64,000 nucleotides of DNA from Tubulanus polymorphus (GCF_964204645.1 NC_134027.1:26002560-26066559); one strand, 5' to 3'; counted from the stretch's first letter, positions 1 to 12,899 are shown. The notes: generated from the sequence alone by a model not told the origin. Numbers and translations: made by a program.

Positions 1-396
1 TCAACCTGTCAGTATCAGCCGATTCGCTCTGTCAGACCAATTATTACAGGGTCTACTCGTAATTTCCACTGCAGCCACTGCAGCGAACTCTCATCACACG
101 CATTAATTATCACAAACACCTCATTACTAAGACTTCAGTCTTCAACTCTCTCTCTCTCTGTCGTGACGTTTTCCGACGAAAAAAAGAAAAACGTTGCGCG
201 TTCTAAAAACAATCCGTCTTCAATCGTACATGTATGGCTTTATTCCTCTCTGATGCGGACGTTTGTTTACTCCATCCACGCAATCATCATCAAGAAATAA
301 ATATTATCTCAACAATTTGTTTGCCTTCCAAAAGAAGTAACTATGAGAATCGGTTAAAATTTGATAAGCAAGAGAGTGCAAATTGTTTCCATTTTA

Positions 397-830
397 AGTG
401 GAGAGAGAAATTATGGAAGAGGGGGAGGGGGAAATGGTGAGAAATAGAGAGGGAGAGAGGGGGTAAGGAAGAAAGGGGAAATTTGGGAAGAGGGAAAGGA
501 GAGGGAAAAAGGGAGATAAAGAGGAAAAGATAGAGGGTAGAGAAAGAGGGGAGGGAAGTGAGAGCAGAGGGAAGAAAGAAGGGGAGAGGGAGTGATAGAG
601 GGCAGAGAAAGAGGGAAGGGGAGTGAGAGGAGAGGGGAGAAAGAAGGAGAGGGAGTGAGGGCAGAGAAAGAGGGGAGGGGAGTGAGAGGAGAGGGGAGGA
701 GGAAGAGGAGAGTGAGGGGAAAATGGAGAGAAAGAATGGGAGAGTGATGGGGAGAGAGGCAGAGGGAGTGAAAGAGGGGAAAGAAGGGGAGATGGAGTGA
801 TAGAGGGAAGAGGGGGAGAGAAAAAGATCT
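397..830 (+). repeat. GA-rich polypurine low-complexity tract
   Basis: Almost only G and A for about 430 bp; explains the Ser/Leu/Pro-rich ORF 341..973(-). Confidence 0.9.
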
Positions 831-1924
831 CTGGAAGAAAATGAAAATTTCGCCGAGCTCATTCGCTGTTCATGCTGCATCTGAGAGACTGCGACTGCGA
901 ACGAACGCAGAAGACGAAGAATTAGACAAATGAAATTAATCAGCAAAGTAAAAGGTTTTCTTGCTACGAACATCAGACCTAATTTGACAGTCTGCCATTA
1001 CTGGTTGGCTGCGTCGATGAGTTGTGGCTGTTTACCAATTACGGATAAGAAAGCGCGTCTGGTAAGACCAGCGCGTGTGCTTCAGTGGCTTATCGCGACC
1101 TGACGGAATATCAGCGACGGCCGGATGGACGACCATTTTAATGAGCGTCGAGTGCGAGATTTTCACAACTCGAGAAATTCGCGGAAAGAACTCTCTCTCT
1201 CTCTCTCTTCTCGCCGTGTCGTTTCTCGAGTCCGCGATGACTCATGGTCGAATTGAATTAGACAAACCACTCGTGCTAAAGTCGAGTTTACAACCACGGG
1301 GGCTGACGACAGAAACGAGCGGCGAAATATCCACTTTTTTACGCGCGGTCGGTCGATAGAAACACCGAAAAACACGATATGTCGTCGGAGGGATTTTTAC
1401 GACGATCAAAGCGACCGTTCGTCGTTTCCGACCGTAAAAAATCGAATTCGAATAACAACATTTTACTTCAAAACTGTTCTCCATTTTTCTTATTGTTATC
1501 GAATTTGCGAGTTTTCATGTCTGGAAACTAAAACGAGGGGCAAAAATCTGACGCGAACCTTTGAACTACATGATTAATAGTGTTCCGGTCTCTCTCTCAC
1601 CGATTCTCCGGTCGATATAAAAATGATTTTTAAGATTTGATTCCGATGTAATATACGCATCGCGACTCGATGATGTAGCCCGAAGTGTAACCGGACTCAT
1701 TTAAAGTTCTCTTGCATCCATCGTCCTCCTTGACGCAATGTTTAAGTCAATTGGTCTTTCATGTCGAGTATATTGAATGATCTAAAAACTTCCACGTGTA
1801 ACAACAGACGATCTATCCTCGCATGCCGGCGAAATTAACAGTCTCGACCCGCAGGCTAAATCTGAGGGTCAACTTTTTTTTACTGCGAATTAATTCGAAA
1901 CTGAGATATTTTTCTATTTCTTCG

Positions 1925-2063
1925 CAGGTTAGTTGCGCAGTCGTGACTCAACTCCAAAAGTGGCCGTAAATCTTAAGACTGGACTTAAGTCGTTAGAATG
2001 GCTATAGAACTAAAACGGTCATAGACTGGTCTTAGGTCTAAACCGTGACTGTGCAACTGGCCC
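1925..2063. mobile_element. MITE family A (about 140 bp, GGGCCAGTTGCACAGTC-type TIR), PIF/Harbinger-like
   Basis: Ends AGTTGCGCAGTCGTG ... CGTGACTGTGCAACTGGCCC followed by CTG; internal CTTAAGACTGGTCTTAAG core. Related copies near 3898-4066, 11460-11525, 11531-11662, 11850-11955, 16020-16055, 19722-19925, 22911-23598, 31240-31572, 51178-51240. Confidence 0.8.
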
Positions 2064-2101
2064 CTGTTTATTACTGATGTCTTTATCATAAACATTGCTT
2101 A

Positions 2102-2766
2102 GTTTATTTTGATTTATCTCTTTCTTCTTTTCCAGGGTGTTCCCTTTTAATTTGGAAAGCCTTTAGATTTGGGGACGTCAACTATCTTGACAAATCAACA
2201 ATTTACAAATATTATACATGTTCTGATTGAACATATCATTGTTAATATCATTATAGCAAAAGTAATTCTGGCAGTGCTTCCATTTTCCAAAATATGTGAC
2301 ATAATTGTACCTTTGCTTTATAGACAGACCTTTGCAGTTTTTTTTCCTAATAATTTGCCTATGAGATTAAGTATCCTTAGTTAAAAGGGATTTCAAAATT
2401 TTGAAAAGAAATAAACCATCTCCTTTTCAACGTTTCGGTTCCATTTTACTATATACAATAACAATGAGGACGCGATGATGTTTATTTTGATTTATCTTTT
2501 TCTTTTATTCCAGGGTGTTTCCCCTTTTTGGTACAGCCTTCAGATCTGATAACCATACCATTGTTATTCTCATTATAGTAAAAGTAATTCTGACAGTGGT
2601 TCCCTTTTCCAAAATATTTAACATAATTGCAGATTTTTTTCCCGATAATAAGGTGCCCTTTCTGAAATTAAGCATCCTTAGTTAAAAGGAATTTAAGAAT
2701 TTTGAGGATCTCATGGAAGTAAACCGTCTCCTTTTCAACGTTTAGCGTTTACTATATACAATAACA
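2102..2766. repeat. Local direct duplication (about 2102-2465 and 2480-2766)
   Basis: Shared blocks GTTTATTTTGATTTATCT...CCAGGGTGTT, AAAAGTAATTCTG, ATCCTTAGTTAAAAGG, TCTCCTTTTCAACGTTT, TTTACTATATACAATAACA. Confidence 0.85.
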
Positions 2767-5092
2767 GCACCAGTAATAATGAGTATGTTAGAGTTTCTAT
2801 TAATTCTACGAATCTTTGCAGCGATTTCCGTCGCGTTTTCTCATTGGGTCACAGCGGGCTGTCTGTCTGTCTGTCTGTTTGCCAGAGAATGTGATTGTTT
2901 ACCTCAGTAACCATTGATAACACGCTCTTGAGTCCGTGTGTCGTAATATGATGATATGAAATCCCATAAAAACAAAGATACAACAATCCAAACTGTTTCC
3001 TCGAGGAAGCAGTAGTTAGTTATATGTTTCGACTATATCGTAATACCTGCAGAATTGTTGTTATGATACAACGTCGAATAAGAAATTAGCTCAAGGTAAC
3101 ATTTCGTATTTGTTTTTCCATCTTATTGTGGGATGTTATATTTTAAGGATAGCCGTCTGCCTGCGCTAGAAGGTCAACGCGATAACGCTTTTGAGTTTTA
3201 TCACAGGCATAACGAAAAACAAACGATTTTACCAAAAATCAGAAGAAACTGCTGCTCGAGAGAGACCGATACCGCAAAAAAAAATACAACCGCGCTGATT
3301 GAAAAAATATGTTCCGAAATTCATCGTCGAAGTTCTAATTGTAACGCGGTAAATCTCATGGCCAGTGGCAAAAAACAACGAAGCCAAACATCTAGCCAGA
3401 AACCGGCGAAAATTCAAATACCATTCGTGGTCGCTGTATTTTGAAAACGCGAGCCAATAATTAGAAAAGCAAATACATGTTATCGAACTTACAGCTCGTC
3501 GATAAGCCAACGGTGACATTTGTTGTTAATGAACTATTCTTGTCCGATCGAAACTAAAATGTCCACGACTAATTTAGAAATGAACAGCGAGCGAGCGGTG
3601 TATGTCACCGCGCAATACGCCGCAGTAACCTATAGATTATTTCGCCGATGAACATCATCCCGAACTTATTCGGTTTCATGACGCATTGAGTGAAGTTTCT
3701 AAAAAAAAAATTCAAAGTTCGGTTTTGGTTACAGTAATAACGACGTTGAAATCATACTCAAAGGCTTTCTCTTCAGTCCTTAAGTGGTTTTAAACCAAAG
3801 ACTGGTTTTATGTTGTTGGTTATAATGGAATTGGCCTCAGACTAATTTTAGATATAAGGCAGGATTATGTAATTGACCCATAGCTCAGATGCATACTTAG
3901 TTGTGACATAAGTTCAAGTGATCTTATATCTCAAGGCTGGTCTTAAGTAGTTAGATTGGTTATAGAACTTAGATGGTCTTAGACTGGTATTAAGTTGTTA
4001 AATTGACTAGTACTAAGATGATCTTAGACTGGCCTCAAATCTAAGACATAATTGTGCAAGGGACCCGAAGATTATAGCCTTCACTGGGATAAATGAGAAT
4101 CTTTTTAAAGAAATTTTATCTCTATCTAGAATCTGAGGTGAATAGAAAATAACTCGAATGGAATTCAATCCCTATTTTCGAGGTCGCATAGGAGTAAAAA
4201 GTTGATGATAATAATTATCGCCAGGTCAAGAGAGAAAATGGCGCAAATCGAGTCCATTGGCCTCGAGAAGTTATAATTATGTGGCCCGTATTTACATAGC
4301 TCTCCTCGCGAAAGAGTTGACAGTTTATTGAAGGCGAGTGTTCCATCCAGCAGCGGATCCGTCGTCGCCGACGACCAGAGGCGTATTAATCACTTAGAAG
4401 ATGAAATTCCGTGCGCGCGCGGAAAAAAAACCGGCACATGAAGCAAATTAGGCATAATTACGGCGGCACGACGCAGCTACCCGCGGTCGTATACGGATAG
4501 TTAGGATTCCATCTACAAATGACGCGCGGTCATCATTAATTCCGTTTTGTTTTAATACACGAGGCTGCGACCTCCGGCCCTTAATCAGGTTTTCTCCCGG
4601 AGACCGGCAATTTATTGATATTATTTCTCGCAGTCATACAATATGCAAAGATGAGTGAAGAGGTACGACAAGAAATGGCGTAAGTTGATTACTCGGCGAC
4701 TGTAATTGTGCAGGCCAGCAGAAAACGCATAACCAAATCAACAGTAGTCTGTCTAAAAACCTTTCATCATTTTGAGTCATGTAAGCCAAGTCAAACAGAA
4801 TCGACTGTCAGTACAGGGGGTATTAGCAGAAACGCAGCATCGGTAAATATTCCAAATTGATTAGAGTTACGAAGAAATGAAAAAACTTCCAACACTTATC
4901 CCCGCGTCCTTCGATTTATAATTCATGAACCTTTTTTCCCTAACGGTATTTCGATATGCCGACTTAATTCCGGTAGTTGGAACTAGAGGGTGTCCGGGGG
5001 GGGGGGGGGTAAAGATGCGATATCATATTTCGAACCACTGCGGAAGCTAATGAGTCATTAAAAAATACCGTCTTTAAGACTAATTTCAACAC

Positions 5093-5259
5093 AAAGATTT
5101 TAGAAGTCGATCGAGTGGAGCAAATATTGGGGCCTTTTGAAGCGAGAAGGGTCAATGCGACTCAAAAACATTCAAACATATTCATTTTGAGTCATGCAGA
5201 CCCTTCTCATTTCAAAAGGCTATGACATATGTTCCACTCGATCGACTTTTTAAATCTTT
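5093..5259. repeat. Long inverted repeat / foldback element (arms about 75 bp)
   Basis: AAAGATTTTAGAAGTCGATCGAGTGGA...GAGAAGGGTC...GACTCAAAA pairs with TTTTGAGTC...GACCCTTCTC...TCCACTCGATCGACTTTTTAAATCTTT. Confidence 0.85.
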
Positions 5260-7454
5260 AAATTTGAAAATACACAATTTTGTTTAAAAATACTAAGCAG
5301 AGCATTGACAAAGATCCATCATAGATTTGGAGAGCTCTGGTGAGTTCTCTACAAAATTGTGTAAAATCTTCAATTTTTAAAGATTTAATTTCATAAGAGT
5401 AAATACACAGATAAACTCATTTCGAATCTTAGTGTTAGAATTCACCTCTTAAGATGGCAAGTTTTCAATCTTGCCACTCATTACTTTCTCCGATAGTTAG
5501 AAATATTCTAAATATGGCATTTTCTCCTGGACACTGTTTAGAGCGAAAGTCCGACCAATACCCGGTGGGGGTGAATACCTAGCTAGTAATACTCGATAAT
5601 ACGGAACTGTCGGCACCGGTTTAAAGAAGCTGCAATAATCGAAAATTAATAATCTGTCGAACGCATCGTGCGCCGCTCGTCGAACGATCGCCGGTTTGTC
5701 TTTGGCGGCAAACGTTGTGTTGACCCGACGAGCGAAATAGCCATCAACTCGTCATCGACGAGAGCTAAATTAGCGGCGCAGAGAAAACAGCGCGACGAAC
5801 TATTGACTAAAGATACAGGTGCTGGACGCTGAATAAATATGACGATCATATCAGTGGTCCGGTCGGTCGCCCTAATCAACTCATTTGTTCATTACCCCCG
5901 GGCCCGCGTCCGGACTGCGCCGATGCCGTCTATATTAAAAGCAACTGCCGACGGCTGATTTTTTACTTATCGAGAATCGCGACGTCCAATATGGCCGAAC
6001 GAACGAATGGACATATCGTTTGACCAAACGAAGCTTTACATTCTCCAGATGCGTCGTCGTTGCTGCGCGATAATAGCCGAATAACTAACAGCAACATTAA
6101 ACGGTCAGCAGTCGTTTTAGACTAATTCGGACTACGTCATTCGTTAGGCTTCTCCGCTGACGTTATCAACGGCTAGTCACGTTTCATAACTTTTTTCCCG
6201 CGACGCAACCCGACGACGACGAAAGATCAAAGTTTGTCGTTCCGTCGATATACGTACACACGTATTAAACTAATTAACCAGACATGAAACGCTCTCGAGA
6301 TTTCGCAATAATCGATGCGAGTGACGTCAAATTCGGAACACTGATGACATTTACCGGCTAATAAATTCAAACAAAGACTTCTCAAAAATATATGAAGTAA
6401 ACCTTGCTTAGCTCTGATAAACCAGGACAGGGGAAATAAGTCATATCATATCATCATCTTTATTTACCTTTACAATTTCAGTTACATATAATTAAAAATT
6501 CATAAAGATTAGTCTTTATGAATTTTTGATATAATGTAAAATCATTATTACCGGTAAGAGACTGATATACATGAATACATATTTCAATATATGTTTGAGT
6601 AAAGGATCAGAGAAATAAGACTAGGAGTCAGAAAATAATTTCATTTTTTTCGGAGTTACCAGTAGTCATGAGTTGACCATGTCATAGTTTGGCAAGGTTT
6701 ATGGTTCAAATCATTTTAATTTCAATAAATCTCAGAAGAAAGCACGGTTTATAAATATTTTCATAAACAAAGCCGACATAAAAACTGTCAGTTCTTATCA
6801 CACACATATTGTTTGTCTGAAACGTCCATCGTCTGATCAAGGAACGACCTTCAATTATCAAGGTAAATGCTGAAACCGTTATCAGGAGATTAAGCCTTTC
6901 AGAGGTTGCTTGTTATACATACATATATACATATAAACGTTCTTTAACCAGTGTCACAAGTCATTACTAACGAAATATACGACTTAAAAGTCGTTTTGGC
7001 GCCGCGTGGCAGTCGCGTAGGTCTTACAGGATGCTTGCTTGTATATACGACGACGATGACGATGTCTGAAGTGATTACGGCTAACCCGGTCCTGTAATTG
7101 TGTTTAGCAATGGTGAACCGAGATTCCAGTATTCATTAACTCCTATGAGACAGTACTAACCCGTCGATAAAAATGTGCTTATTGCCTCCTGAGTGTTGGA
7201 GATACTTTATCACACGGCGCGGCGTAGGGACACAAAGGCTATTATACACTAGCTGAAACCCTCATGACACGACTTCACAATTATTCCATGCTAACAATTC
7301 ACATAGTAATCAGCTCGTATAATGTATAATTCTCAATTGACGATGAGACCTGCAGCTGATTTATTATTACTTATTATATATAGCTGACTCCTCCTCGGTT
7401 CGGTGCCGCTCGAATTTATTTGGTAAAACTTTCAATTTCCTCAATTCTTGGTAT

Positions 7455-8130
7455 ACTGAAATATTTACAGTAGTCCTAATGCTGATCCCTGATTCTCAAC
7501 CCAGTGAAATCATTACTGCTGTCCTTTTGTCTCCCAGTTCCCTGATTGTCAATATTTACAGCAGTCCAAACGCTACCGAGTTCCCTGATTGTCAACTCAG
7601 TAAAATATCTACTGCTGTCCTTTTGTCTCCCAGTTCCCTGATTGTCAATATTTACAGCAGTCCCAACACGCTATCGAGTTCCCTGATTCTCAACTCACTG
7701 AAATATTTACTGCAGTCCCAACGCTACCGAGTTCCCTGATTCTCAACTCAGTGAAATATTTACAGCAGTCCCAATGCTACCGAGTTCCCTGATTCTCAAA
7801 TCAGTGAAATATTTACAGCAGTCTCAACGCTACCGAGTTCCCTGATTCTCAAATCAGTGAAATATTTACAGCAGTCTCAACACTATCGAGTTCCCTGATT
7901 CTCAACTCAGTGAAATATTTACAGCAGTCTCAACGCTACCGAGTTCCCTGATTCTCAATATTTACAGCAGTCCCAACGCTACCGAGTTCCCTGATTCTCA
8001 ACTCAGTGAAATATTTACAGCAGTCCCAACCCTACCGAGTTCCCTGATTCTCAATATTTACAGCAGTCTCAACGCTACCGAGTTCCCTGATTCTCAATAT
8101 TTACAGCAGTCTCAACGCTACCGAGTTCCC
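7455..8130. repeat. Minisatellite, 53-bp unit with shorter variants
   Basis: Unit AATATTTACAGCAGTCCCAACGCTACCGAGTTCCCTGATTCTC(AACTCAGTGA). Confidence 0.95.
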
Positions 8131-8667
8131 GGATCATCAACTGTGCATAATCATTTTTCCTAATTTTCAGCAGCGTCTATACCTCAGTTAAACAAGTAAT
8201 CAACCGCACGTACAATGGAGACTCAGTAATATTCATTCTCATGTCCAGAATATACTTCGGGAACTCGGGAATAAAAACGGTGAGCGATTCGTCTTACGCC
8301 GGTGAATGAGATCATTAATAATAACTGTTATTGCCCTTGGATCGTACAATGACTTCCACGACTCTCGATAATTATACACCTTCCTCTAGTGATTATACCT
8401 TAGTTATGAAATTTATCAAAATTAGTCAAGATTTATGACGATCGAAGGCTCGTTATTAGCGCCGGATAAACGTGACCCGCACAATTGAGGGCGTAAACAG
8501 TTATACAAATACTCGGCTTCTTTGTGTGCGGCGCTTATAAACCTTATAAACCAGAATCATTACGAAAATCTTCATCTACATCTTATAGAAGTTTGAGAAA
8601 TCCTTTCCACCGCTAAATCTACCTTAATTATAATACATTTAATGCTTCTGCATGTAAGCCTATGTTT

Positions 8668-9056
8668 ATAGGTCACGATCACACGGAGACGATTTGGCCC
8701 CGGGTCAAACTGGCGCGGATCAGACCCGAGTCAAATTTGGCTCGGGCTAAATTAGAGAGCGCATTCACGAGTAAACCATACGCTTGTTATGCTGTGGCAA
8801 GTGAGGTGAATCACCTCCAGGGGCCAGTTGCTCAAAAGTTGGTTAAAGATAACCAGTCGATAGATACCTGAGTAACAATGAACTTTTAATTGTCACTATG
8901 TCAACTATCCACTGGTTAACTCTAACCAACCTTTGAGCAACTGGCCCCAGAACCAGTAAGCTATTCACAAGCAATAATTTTACCTGGGCTAGAATTCGTC
9001 TCGGGCCTGGTCCGACATTGGTCTAATCAGGCACGCTCCTACGATCATGGCTATAG
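8668..9056. mobile_element. Dispersed element family C, interrupted by a MITE at 8821-8947
   Basis: Colinear with 26888-27295 (GATCACA.GGAGA.GAT, GTCAAATTTGGC, AATTAGAGAGCGC, ATGCTGTGGCAAGTGAGGTGA); imperfect terminal inverted repeats. Confidence 0.75.
8821..8947. mobile_element. PIF/Harbinger-like MITE with CAG target-site duplication
   Basis: TIR GGGCCAGTTGCTCAAAAGTTGGTTA / TAACCAACCTTTGAGCAACTGGCCC; CAG at 8818-8820 and 8948-8950. Confidence 0.88.
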
Positions 9057-9750
9057 TCTACCATACGCTGCCAATAACATTTACTTGTTTTTCCTAAGCT
9101 TAAGACAGCGAGATCAGCAATGAGTTCACATGACTCCCAGCCTGCACTGTCCTCATATATATTACAGTAATTGCCTTTCCATAAAGAAGAGTCCATCGCT
9201 CGCAGAAGAGCATTCTATTTCTACGAAGTCAGAGATTTCGAGATACAATTCAACGAAATTGATAGTTGAGCAAGGATTATAGCAACGTTATGCTAACCCA
9301 CAGAAAATCATCTTCTAGTACATCGATATGTAATACATCGATATATAGTACATCGATATATAGTGCATCGATATGTAATATGTAGAATGTTGAGAGCTTT
9401 GACCAGTAAGACAGTATAAATACAAGAGAAAAAGACTTTAAGCGTTCATTACCATTTCGTCATACATTATTCATATCGCCTGAAAATTCTTAATGACATA
9501 AAATGTTACAAATTGTCGTCGAGTTTATCAGGGGACTGGGGTCATCTGTATGGCGATAACTTTCAGATTAAAAACACATATTTTATCACAACTAATCCAA
9601 CGTAACTCATTTGTATGGTAATAGCAGTCGCTCCCTGTGGCTCAAATAGCAATTTACTTTGAAAATTAGTCGTGTAACGCTTGCACTGTCACGACGACGT
9701 ATAATTGGTGAATATTTTCACCCGGTTCAGTAATGCACTAATGTGCCCGA

Positions 9751-10050
9751 CTGTTTGTTGTGTGAGGCTGTTTGTTGTGTGAGACTGTTTGTTTTGTGAG
9801 GCTGTTTGTTGTGAAAGTCTGTTTGTTGTGTGAGGCTGTTTGTTGTGAAAGGCTGTTTGTTGTGTGAGGCTATTTGTTGTGTGAGGCTGTTTGTTGTGAG
9901 GCTGTTTGTTGTGAAAGGCTGTTTGTTGTGAAAGACTGTTTGTTGTGTGAGGCTGTTTGTTGTGTGAGGCTGTTTGTTGCGTGAGGCTGTTTGTTGTGTG
10001 AGGCTGTTTGTTGTGTGAGGCTTTTTGTTGTGTAAGACTGTTTGTTTTAT
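9751..10050. repeat. Minisatellite, 17-bp unit GGCTGTTTGTTGTGTGA
   Basis: Direct tandem copies; produces the repetitive HNKQPHTTNSLTQQ ORFs. Confidence 0.95.
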
Positions 10051-10139
10051 TGTGTAGGACTCTTTTAACGCTATTGCAGGGTAGCTCATTAGAAATCATT
10101 CTCTGGTACGAGTCCATTAGAAGTGGATCTGGTAAGTCG

Positions 10140-10770
10140 GTTTGGGCAGGGTCCAAACACATAGAAATGGCTGAGCTATGTGGGTTTGGACTGGACCCAG
10201 TCACACAAACGTGGCTCTGGCGTGCGGATTTGGACTGGATCCAGTCACATAGAAGTGGCTGTGGCATATAGGTTTGGACTATATCCAGTCACACAGAAAT
10301 GGCTGAGGCAAGTGGGTTTTGGACTGGACCCAGTCACACAGAAATGGCTGAGGCAAGTGGGTTTGGACTGGACCCAGTCACACAGAAATGGCTGAGGCAA
10401 GTGGGTTTGGACTGGACCCAGTCACATAGAAGTAGCTGTGGCATATAGGTTTGGACTATATCCAGTCACACAGAAATGAATGAGGCAAGTGGGTTTTGGA
10501 CTGGACCCAGTCACACAGAAATGGCTGAGGCAAGTGGGTTTTGGACTGGACCCAGTCACACAGAAATGGCTGAGGCAAGTGGGTTTGGACTGGGTCCAAT
10601 CACACAAACATAGCTGAGGCAAGTGGGTTTGGACTATATCCAGTCACAGAGAAATGGCTGAGGCAAGTGGGATTGGACTGGATGCAGTCTAACTGTGTCA
10701 TGTTAGTCAGGACTGGAACCAGTCGCATAAAAGTGGCTGTGGCAAGTGTGTTTGGACCCAGTCACACATA
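10140..10770. repeat. Minisatellite, 44-45-bp unit
   Basis: Unit GGACTGGACCCAGTCACACAGAAATGGCTGAGGCAAGTGGGTTT, downstream of the THTPA donor site. Confidence 0.95.
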
Positions 10771-10843
10771 TTTTTAGACTAAAAACTAAACTCAATTCAT
10801 TTAACTGTAATAATAAAGATTTGTGTTATTATCTAATACTTAC

Positions 10844-11390
10844 CTAGTTTTGAAGCTAATTCGTCGATATCTGATAAAACGTCTGGAATGCGATCAGCGT
10901 TGACGACGATGCGTTCGATTTCGCCGACTTTAAAACCGAAATCAGTTTCATCTAAAACGATCGTAAACGTCTCGTAACCGAAACTACGACGTTCGGTTCC
11001 GATTCTCGCGAACTCCGCGCATCTCGCTCTGTCGACGTACGCCGTCAAATTCTCGCCGGATTCGACGGGCACTTTCAAAATCGTCGAAATAATCGCGAGA
11101 ATCTCCGATTCTTCGTCCGATTCGTCGTACCGCGACGTCAACGAGTCCCGCTCGACCCCGACCTGGTTCGGAACGTGTTTACACTGCCATCTATTATCGC
11201 GTTTTCGCAGCCAACAATCGGCCAGAGTGAGCGCGTAACGATCGTTGTCGTAGTAATCATCGTAGAATTTTTCGGCGGCCAGGAACTCGGCTCCGATCGC
11301 GAGGATTTTATTCTCGCTGTCGTCGTTAACGATGAATTTACGTTCTAATTCAATCTGTTGGACTCGTGGTTGAGGGGTGACTTCAGCCAT
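10844..11390 (-). CDS. THTPA: Thiamine triphosphatase (CYTH domain), main coding exon
   Basis: Translation MAEVTPQPRVQQIELERKF...FYDDYYDNDRYALTLADCWLRKR...LDETDFGFKVGEIE...LASKL shows the CYTH ExExK motif and the DxYYD, WLRxR and DxxDFGxxVGExE motifs typical of animal THTPA. On the minus strand a polypyrimidine+CAG acceptor sits directly before ATG (11390) and G|GTAAGT donor follows 10844 (547 nt, phase 1). Confidence 0.93.
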
Positions 11391-12899
11391 CTGAAAAAAT
11401 AACAGCAAAAATATTCATTTCAATATTCATATATTCGACCTATTATGAACTATGAACAGATGAGCTTTTAGAACTAAGATGATGTTAGATTGGTCTTAGA
11501 TTAAGTCCTGCTTGTGCAACTGGCCTCCAGGGGCCACAGTTGCACAGTCATGACAAGTCAGTCAAGTCCAAAAGTGGTCTTAAAGTGGTTGTTAGATCGA
11601 GTATAGTACAGAGTTGGTCTTAGACCAGTCTTAAATCTAAGCCATGACTATGAATGCTGGCCTGCAGTAGATTATGCTGAGTTGGTCGGTTCAAAGGAGG
11701 GCTTTTCTGTTGTAGTATGGATGGAGTCAATAGTTTTTCATGAACTATGGATCTATCAGGAGTTTGCAGTTTTTAAATCTCCTTCCATGAGAAACTCTTG
11801 ACTTACTCAGTACTGGTCAACTGGTAAACCACCGATACCATGCCAAGGGCAATACTTAGATTAAGACCGATCTAAGACCATCTTAGCTCAATAGCTTATC
11901 TAACTTAACTAAGACATACGACCATTTTTGGCTTAAGTCATAAATGTGCAACAGGTTTCATTAATAGGAAAATTCTACCACAATTTATTTCAACAAAGCT
12001 TCGATTTCTCTTCAGTATCTAGTCAACTCGACAGTCCAAACTCTAGCGAGTGCTCAGATTCTGAACTCAGTGAAATATCTATAGTCCCAGTCCTTGTCAG
12101 TAGTAGTCTGAGTAAACATAGTCCAGTTTACTGCCATTTGAAGAAATCAAACTTTTACTGATTACTCTTTATATACAGAGATATAACGACAAAAAGTCAC
12201 AAACTGCTGTGATTTAATGTTTGAGAAATGAATGACTGTGGACAGTGATTGAGGTCTGATGGAACACATCTCCGCTGCTGCTGCTGCTGCTGCAGCTGCC
12301 ACTGCTGCTGCTGGTGCACGCCGATTATTCATTTTTTAAGACGTCTGATTACTGGATATTGTGTGTCGTGTTTCCGTTGGTCAACAATAAAGTTTCATCT
12401 CGGCGGCAATCACCGGACATTAGCATTCATAGCTCGTACTCAGTGATAACTAGGCAGTAGTCAGTAATTGATCGGGCGTATTTATTAAAACGACAGATAT
12501 ATTGCATTTTATACGGATTTCACAGAGTCCGGCGACACTGTCGTTACTCTCGTGGGAACGCTAGGTCAAGGTCGTCGCTCGGAAGACGAAATCCGAATGG
12601 ATTATACATACTTTTCATTGTATTGTGTTGTAGTCATTTGGTGAAAGCGTGAGTTCGTTTCGAAAATGGCAAACAACACCGTTTGACAAGTACAACACAA
12701 GTAGCTCTTGATACTGGCTGTAGTTCGTGCAGTGTTCTCGCTGAGGATCGCATTTCACAAAAAAACATCATGCCTCTAATTCTTGTTAAAAACGAAATTA
12801 CCCTCATATGAATAGTGGGGCTTAACATACTCAGTTTTCATAAGCTTTGATTAAAATGTAAAATTTGCATGTCGTATATTTCGGTTAAGAGCTTCAACA

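Noticed and set aside
341-973. 210 aa Ser/Leu/Pro-rich ORF
   Set aside because: Reverse complement of the GA-rich tract; low complexity.
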